From Rhizaria sp. SCN 62-66 (taxonomy: Eukaryota), in NCBI GenBank assembly GCA_001724265.1, contig MEDY01000051.1, forward strand, positions 1-64,000: a DNA stretch of 64,000 nt, written 5' to 3'. A program made the position numbers and the translations under genes. The notes beneath the pieces are model-generated. The model was not told the DNA's origin. It ran no database searches and was given only the letters and a program-made list of their open reading frames with translations. Below, in pieces: positions 57,950-64,000 of this stretch (position 1 is the first letter of the stretch; each line of letters opens with the position of its first letter).

Positions 57950-60900
57950 ATGCAAGCGCCCTCCGCCCCCAAGGTCTCGCTCCCTGGGCTGGCGCCTCCG
58001 TCCGTGGCCCCGGGCACGGCGTCTGCCGCGTCGCTTGACTCGGGCCTTGGCGCCTTCGACCACCCGGGCTCGCCTGTGCCGGCGATGGGCCCCCAGGTCG
58101 TGATCACGCACTCGGCGCTCAGCTCCCGCACCAAGACGGAGCTGCCCGCGCGCCGCCCCGGAGGCGCCTCGCGCCGCGCGCCCTCGCCCCACGGCGCGGG
58201 CGGCTTCCACGGCCACACGCACCACACGCCATGGCGCGAGAAGGTCACCGAGGACTCGGCGGCGAACCCGTTCCTGGTAGACTTCCTCCGCAAGCACAAC
58301 GTCATGCCCGAGCCCTCCGCGGGCGACGCTACACAGGGCCAGTTCCCCTCCTCGGCCTCCTCTACCAGCGGCGGCGCGAACGGGAGCTCGACCACAGCCC
58401 CCAGAGGCGGACTGTCGACGAGCGGCGGACCCGCGCGCTCGCTGCCCGACTCGTCCACGGCGTCGACGGACGAGCTGGCCGACGCCAACTCGCCGCTCAC
58501 GCCCGACGCCTTCCATCAGCACGACCTCGCCGTGCCCGCCGGCTCCGGCTCCCCGCACGGACTCTTTGGCCAGCGCACGCTTGCGTCCGGCCCCGGCGCG
58601 GCCCCGGCCGTGTCTCTGGGCACCCCCAGCAAGGGCCTGCCGCCGCGCCGCCCGCCCTCCTCGGCCGCGAGCTCCGCCGCCGGAGCCGCCGCCGCCGGCG
58701 CAGCCGCGCCCTTGCTCTCCACCGCCGCTGCCGCTGCCGGCAGCTTCGCGGCCGCGCCCCCCGCGTCCCCGCGCTCGCTCGCGCACCCGCTGCCGCACAC
58801 CGCGGCCCCCGTCTCTATCTCGGGCCTGCCCGGTGCGGCGCCAGCGAGCCCCCTGGTGTTCCCCGCCGGCCGCCGCGGGTCCGACTCGACCTTCATCGCG
58901 CTCCCGCCACAGTCGCTGCTGCTCGCACAGGGCGGCAGCGCTGCCGCCAGCTCCACCATCGCCGGCGGCAGCGGTACGCATGTCTCCGCCGCCGGTGGCA
59001 GCAGCAGCAGCGGCAGCAGCAGCGGCAGCGGCAGCGGCGCGACGGGCTCGGGCGGCGCAGGGATCTCGTCGCTGCACATCGAGGTGCGCAACACGCCCGC
59101 CATGATGAACAGCACGCTTTCGGCGGCAGCAACCGTGGCCGCCGCGACTGGTGGCTCGCGGTCCAGCACGCCCGTCGTCACCAACGTCGCCGCCGCCAAC
59201 GCGGCCCTCGCGGCGCTGTCGGCGCTGGCCAGCTCGGGCAGCCCCGCCGACGGCAGCAACAGCCGCCCCGCGCCCACCGTCTTCAGCCTCAATAACAACA
59301 GCGCCAACGCGAGCATCCTGGCCAACATGGGCGGCAGCAGCGGCAGCCTCCCGGTGCCCGCCGTCTCGCTCATCAACAACCCCACCGCCCACAGCATCAG
59401 CAGCAGCAACAGCAACGCGGTCGCCAGCGCGCGCTCCCGCAGTAGCAGCACCGCCAGCACCGGCTCCACGGCCTCCGACACCGCCGCCGCCACGGCCGCC
59501 GCGGCGGCCGCAGCGCTGCAGCTCCCGGTGACGGCCAACGGTCCCGCGTCGCGCCGCGACTCCGCGTCTGGCGCGCCGGGCGGGTGCAACGGCGTGACGG
59601 GCGGACCGTCGATTCTCTCCGCGACGCCGCTGGGCGCGCACTCGATCGCGCGTGAGTCGCGCAAGGTCGCGCTGCAGCCCGAGTACTCGAAGGTTGCGTG
59701 GAACCGGCACGTCATGGAGCTCGAGCAGGCGGACAAGCGCCGCATCGCCGACCTCCAGTTCGGCGTCACTGACTCCACCGCCTCCGCGGACGGCGCCGCC
59801 GGGGCCGCCAGCGCGGCCAACACGGCCCGCGGCCCCGGCACCGCCCGCGGCCCCGCTGACGCTGACGCCGGCAAGGACGGCCAGGACGGCGGCGACGGCG
59901 CCGGCGCCGACAGCAGCGCGGACTTCGGCGGCCCCGCGGCGCCCAGCACTGCGGCGCCGGTGCCCGCGGAGCTGTCCGCTGCGGCCGCCGTGGCCTCCGG
60001 CGCGGTGTCGGGCATCACGGGCCCGCGCGTGGCGCCCGCGGGCGTGAGCGCGGAGATGTTCGCGGCGGCCGAGGCGCAGCTGACGCCCTACGCGCGCTCC
60101 AAGCTGCCCGTGGAGCACGCGCTGTGGCCGCGCACGGGCACAGGCGAGGTCGTGATCCCCTGGTCCGTCGTCGCGCAGCACAACATCAAGGCCGACTCGT
60201 GGATGGTGCTCGACAACATCGTGTACGACATCACGGCCTACATTGCCTTCCACCCCGGCGGCCAGATCGGCATCGTCAACTTCTCCGGCGACAATCGCGG
60301 CCACGCGCCCGCGGGCCACCCTCAGGGCCAGCACGAGGGCCGCGACGCCACCGAGGCCTTCAACCGCTACCACAAATACCTGGATCACCGCAAGATGCTC
60401 GGCCCCTACAAGCTCGGCGTCATCGCGCCCTCCAAGCCTTGTCCCAGCGCCGGCGCGCCGAGCGGCGGCAGCGGCTCCAGCGCGAGCAAGGCCAACACGG
60501 CCCCCGCGCCCGGCGCGACGGGTGGGGCTGGCAACAGCGGCGGCGGGGCGGGCGGTGGCGGCGCGGGCGGGCGCCCCCCGACGCTCTTCCCCCCCGAGTC
60601 CGTACTATGGCCGATGGTGCCGACCACGGAGCGCGAGTCGGGGTTCGAGCCGGTGATTCCGTGGAGCGAGATCCGCAAGCACAACATCCGCGCCGACGGC
60701 TGGATGGTGCTCGACGACATCGTGTACGACATCACAGCCTACATCCCCTCGCACCCCGGCGGCCAGATCGGCATCGTCAACTTCTGCGGCGAGAACGGCG
60801 GCGTGGCGCCCAACAAGGACCACCCACAGGGCGAGCACAAGGGCTCGAGCGCGACCGAGTCGTTCAACTTTTACCACAAGTACTTGCCGCACCAGAAGAT

Positions 60901-61165
60901 GATGAAGCAGTACCGCATCGGCGTTGCCGAGAAGCGCACACCCGAGCAGGAGGCCGCGGCCGCCGAGGAGATCCGCCTGCGCAAGGAGAAGCTGCTCAGC
61001 AGCAAGAGCAGCAGCAGTAGCAGCAGCAGCAAGAGCAGCAGCAGCAGTAGCAGCCGTAGCGGCAGCAGTCACAGCGGCAGTCACGGCGGCAGCGGCCACA
61101 GCAGCGGCCACAGCAGCAGCAGCAGCAGCAGCAAGCACAGCAGCCACAGCCACAGTCACAAGTAA
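57950..61165 (+). CDS. Protein with two tandem cytochrome b5 heme-binding domains (CYB5R4/Irc21-like) after a long disordered N-terminus; 1071 aa
   Basis: Two copies of HN...D.WMVLD.IVYDITAYI..HPGG...AT E.FN.YH (about 60150-60425 and 60650-60930) with both heme-ligand His positions present; upstream RKVALQPEYSKVAW resembles the CYB5R4/Irc21 pre-b5 motif. Ends TAA. Confidence 0.85.
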   Translation: MQAPSAPKVSLPGLAPPSVAPGTASAASLDSGLGAFDHPGSPVPAMGPQVVITHSALSSRTKTELPARRPGGASRRAPSPHGAGGFHGHTHHTPWREKVTEDSAANPFLVDFLRKHNVMPEPSAGDATQGQFPSSASSTSGGANGSSTTAPRGGLSTSGGPARSLPDSSTASTDELADANSPLTPDAFHQHDLAVPAGSGSPHGLFGQRTLASGPGAAPAVSLGTPSKGLPPRRPPSSAASSAAGAAAAGAAAPLLSTAAAAAGSFAAAPPASPRSLAHPLPHTAAPVSISGLPGAAPASPLVFPAGRRGSDSTFIALPPQSLLLAQGGSAAASSTIAGGSGTHVSAAGGSSSSGSSSGSGSGATGSGGAGISSLHIEVRNTPAMMNSTLSAAATVAAATGGSRSSTPVVTNVAAANAALAALSALASSGSPADGSNSRPAPTVFSLNNNSANASILANMGGSSGSLPVPAVSLINNPTAHSISSSNSNAVASARSRSSSTASTGSTASDTAAATAAAAAAALQLPVTANGPASRRDSASGAPGGCNGVTGGPSILSATPLGAHSIARESRKVALQPEYSKVAWNRHVMELEQADKRRIADLQFGVTDSTASADGAAGAASAANTARGPGTARGPADADAGKDGQDGGDGAGADSSADFGGPAAPSTAAPVPAELSAAAAVASGAVSGITGPRVAPAGVSAEMFAAAEAQLTPYARSKLPVEHALWPRTGTGEVVIPWSVVAQHNIKADSWMVLDNIVYDITAYIAFHPGGQIGIVNFSGDNRGHAPAGHPQGQHEGRDATEAFNRYHKYLDHRKMLGPYKLGVIAPSKPCPSAGAPSGGSGSSASKANTAPAPGATGGAGNSGGGAGGGGAGGRPPTLFPPESVLWPMVPTTERESGFEPVIPWSEIRKHNIRADGWMVLDDIVYDITAYIPSHPGGQIGIVNFCGENGGVAPNKDHPQGEHKGSSATESFNFYHKYLPHQKMMKQYRIGVAEKRTPEQEAAAAEEIRLRKEKLLSSKSSSSSSSSKSSSSSSSRSGSSHSGSHGGSGHSSGHSSSSSSSKHSSHSHSHK

Positions 61166-61857
61166 AAACAACTCGCCTTAGAGATGTACAAAAACATCTA
61201 CAAGAAACAAATGTGCTCATCTGTGCTCATCTGTAGTTCCGGTACTGCTGCATATGCTTGACGTTAACTTACCATAAGAACAGCCTACAATTCCAATAAT
61301 AATCAAAATACGTTTATTTTTGTCACTTTGCTCTGTTTACACGCAATGTGCAGTACGAATACGTGTTGGTTTTTGGCAACATTTTACAACATCTTTGTTC
61401 AAGATCTTTATTCCTTATGTTGACATCTTGCTGGTCGCAGTGTTTGTTGATTCAAAACACTGTTTAATCTTTTGGATGTGCATACGCGTGTGTATATCTT
61501 GGTCGTGTCTTATGTCTGTGTCTTCTGTGCTTCGTTTTTTTGAAGTTGCTGTCTCTTGCTGTCTTTTGCTGTCCTTTGCGATGATTTGTTTCGCATCTGA
61601 TTTGTTTCACATCCGCATATCATCGCATCGCATGCTATTCCGTGTGTATTCTTCTTTCTGCACTCTTTTACTAGCATTGTTGTTAGGAAACCTTTGCCCA
61701 TTTATACCCTACCTATTATCATGTCTCTTTTTTAAACACACAAGGGGATGCTTAGACACGATACGACACTCTCACGTTTCATGTTTCGCCACCAATATGG
61801 TGCGTTTCAGGGTTCGTTGTCTTATTATTACAAAACTTGTTTTTTGTGTTGTCCTTA

Positions 61858-61884
61858 TTGTTGTTGTTGTTGTTGTTGTTGTTG
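61858..61884. repeat. (TTG)9 microsatellite, non-coding
   Basis: Direct reading of the sequence. Confidence 0.9.
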
Positions 61885-63215
61885 TTTCGTTTCATATTGT
61901 ATCGATCGTTCGCCCTCTTGTTTCCCCCCACTCTTTGTACTCGCCCACACGTGTCGTGCTGTTTCCCTTCGAGTCATCATGCAAGTCACAAGCAAGCCGT
62001 TGCTGTTTCGCGACTGCGCCCGCGTTGCTCCTCTCTTCTCCGATCCGCTCCTGACTCTTGCTCTCTCCTCACATTCATCGCGCAACATCACGTACAGTCG
62101 TCTCAGATTTGTTTCGTACATTCCATTCTCTTATTTCTCCTGCAGTACATAGGAGTCGCAGTCGCCGCGTGGTCTTCTCCTCGCGCGCGTGTGCTTGCTT
62201 ACCAGTCTGTTTTGTCAGTTTATTTGTTCGTTTCGTCTCTTTCGCACCACAGTTTTGTTTGTTTTATTTTTATCTATGTGTCATATACGATTATGTATAT
62301 CTTCATTTATATATCTCAATCTTTCTCTGCACTGTATCTGCATGTCACTGCTGCACACACACACACACATATGGTTCTCGAATGAACGTATGTAGCGACT
62401 ATATCTGCGTTTGTTTCTGCCCCGCGTCGTGTTCGCCAGCTGCCCGCTGCCGATTTATTTGTCTCACCTGGCCACGTATGTCATGTCAATGACTGTTCTT
62501 TCTGCCCCCTGCATGCTCTGTCTTGTATTTTGTGTATAGTTCGTCTGTGTATGTCGTGATGTTACTTATTTTGACATCAATTTCTTCTTCTCGACCACTT
62601 TGGTCCCACGTGCGGCTGTGCTGTTTTAATAACAGATACACACACCAGCACGTCAAGCCAGGAGCATAGTGGGCTACCTGCGCTGCGACTGCAAAGACAC
62701 ATTTGATTCTGACTTTGTCCTGACCGCCTTCGCGAAGCAGCGTGAAGAGAGATAAGAGACTGTTTGAGTCGAGAGCACACTTCTTGAGTTTAGAATCATA
62801 TTAACGCATCGAATACAATTTGCATGGATATTATCCTCATACGATCTACGAAAAAACCACCCTTCAGTTTGCATCTGCATCATTTATCGGCATAATTTGT
62901 GACTGGTGACAGTAGTGTGGTGACCTGGCGACACACAACGGCAGAGAAAAGCAGCCGACCCCACTCGTGAGGAACGATTTTTCTGAACAAAAATTCAGTG
63001 TGTCTGTTCGGCCAACTGAAATGTAACCAAGTGAAATGACTACTATATCAACATTTATTTTGTAAATCCACAAGTTTGCTTCAAAATTGCGTATAACTAC
63101 GATGTAATATCTTGTGATACTTTTCCTTCTCCACCTTCCCTTACAACGCAATAATCTTCATTCTTCTTTGTCACAGGCTGTCTCCTCGAGCTCGGTGGCG
63201 TTTTCTTTACCACGA

Positions 63216-64000
63216 ATGGAGAGTATCCCGACGGAGCTTCAACGCGCCGTGCGCGAGGATGCGCCATCACTTGTCTTCCCCGCTGGCGACGCTACCTTGT
63301 CCGCGTCGCTATCCCAGTCTATGGTAACTTCTCCCGAGTTTATCTACCTCGCTGCGGATCACGGTGCTGCTGCCTTGCTCAGCGCCATCTTCAAACAGTA
63401 CCCCACGACTAGTCCCAACATTTTGCGCCCGTCTGCACCGCTGAATGCACCCGTCTCATACGACGCAAAGGCCTGTAGTGTTCACGACTCCCTCCTCACG
63501 ATTGCAGCGCGCCTTAACAGCGAGCCCCTCGTTGCCGCGCTCCTCGCCTCCCACGCAGATCCTAACGCAACTCGCTCTCTACTCCTTGGCGGCACACCCC
63601 CTCTTACTGCCGCTCTTGCGTTGCTGCCTGCTTCAGAGCCCGTTCTTAAGCTTCTGCTGGGTGCTGGTGCCGACCCTGCTCCTCCTGTCTTATTCCCGTC
63701 CTTTCTCTCCCCGCTCGCGGCCGCCGCGCGCGTGCCGATGACCGGCGCCGGGTACGAAGCTCTGGCTCGCTATCTTTGCTGCACGTTTGCCACGTATTCC
63801 CTTGCGTCGCCGCGGTTAATGACCTTGCTGCGCTCAGAGATCCGCGAGGCACTCGACCAGACCACAACGAAGCGGCTCGAGACACTCGAAGCACCCAAGA
63901 AGTCGGTCATCACTGAGAAGAAACGCAACAAGAAGAAGGCTATGAGCAGCTCCGGCGGTCCGTTTGGCTTTCTCGGTTTCGGCAGCTCTGGTGCGAACAC
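63216..64000 (+). CDS. Ankyrin-repeat protein, 5' part (runs off the window; absent from the ORF track)
   Basis: Hand translation from ATG 63216 is open to the window end: MESIPTELQRAVRED...IYLAADHGAAALLSAIF...SLLTIAARLNSEPLVAALLASHADPN...TPPLTAALALLPASEPVLKLLLGAGADP. Preceded by a TTCTTTGTCACAG acceptor-like site. Confidence 0.75.
   Translation, partial: MESIPTELQRAVREDAPSLVFPAGDATLSASLSQSMVTSPEFIYLAADHGAAALLSAIFKQYPTTSPNILRPSAPLNAPVSYDAKACSVHDSLLTIAARLNSEPLVAALLASHADPNATRSLLLGGTPPLTAALALLPASEPVLKLLLGAGADPAPPVLFPSFLSPLAAAARVPMTGAGYEALARYLCCTFATYSLASPRLMTLLRSEIREALDQTTTKRLETLEAPKKSVITEKKRNKKKAMSSSGGPFGFLGFGSSGAN

Overview
Gene-dense nuclear DNA from a eukaryotic microbe (protist; lineage not determinable here). 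Exons are GC-rich with strong GC3 bias, spliceosomal GT-AG introns are short and AT-rich (donors mostly GTACGT-like), and intergenic regions are AT-rich. I can model 14 complete genes and one 3'-truncated gene: alpha-actinin-like protein, tandem SpoVS/Alba-fold protein, peroxisomal alkyl-DHAP synthase, non-EEVD Hsp70, giant patatin-type TAG lipase, two-RRM polyQ protein, ABP34-like actin-bundling protein, SMYD methyltransferase, NZF+PUB protein, ATP-grasp ligase, a low-complexity protein, a large ARM-repeat+PH protein resembling the apicomplexan glideosome-associated connector, a second low-complexity protein, a tandem cytochrome b5 protein and an ankyrin protein. The main signal is a probable non-standard nuclear genetic code. 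All 14 complete genes end in TAA (9) or TGA (5), never TAG. Three long genes each carry one internal in-frame TAG (26961, 45868, 54874) followed by about 530-800 further open codons, and two of these TAGs sit where Gln (CAG) is expected. This points to UAG=Gln with UAA still a stop, a rare uncoupling of the two UAR codons. All domain calls are from motif recognition by eye; no searches were run.
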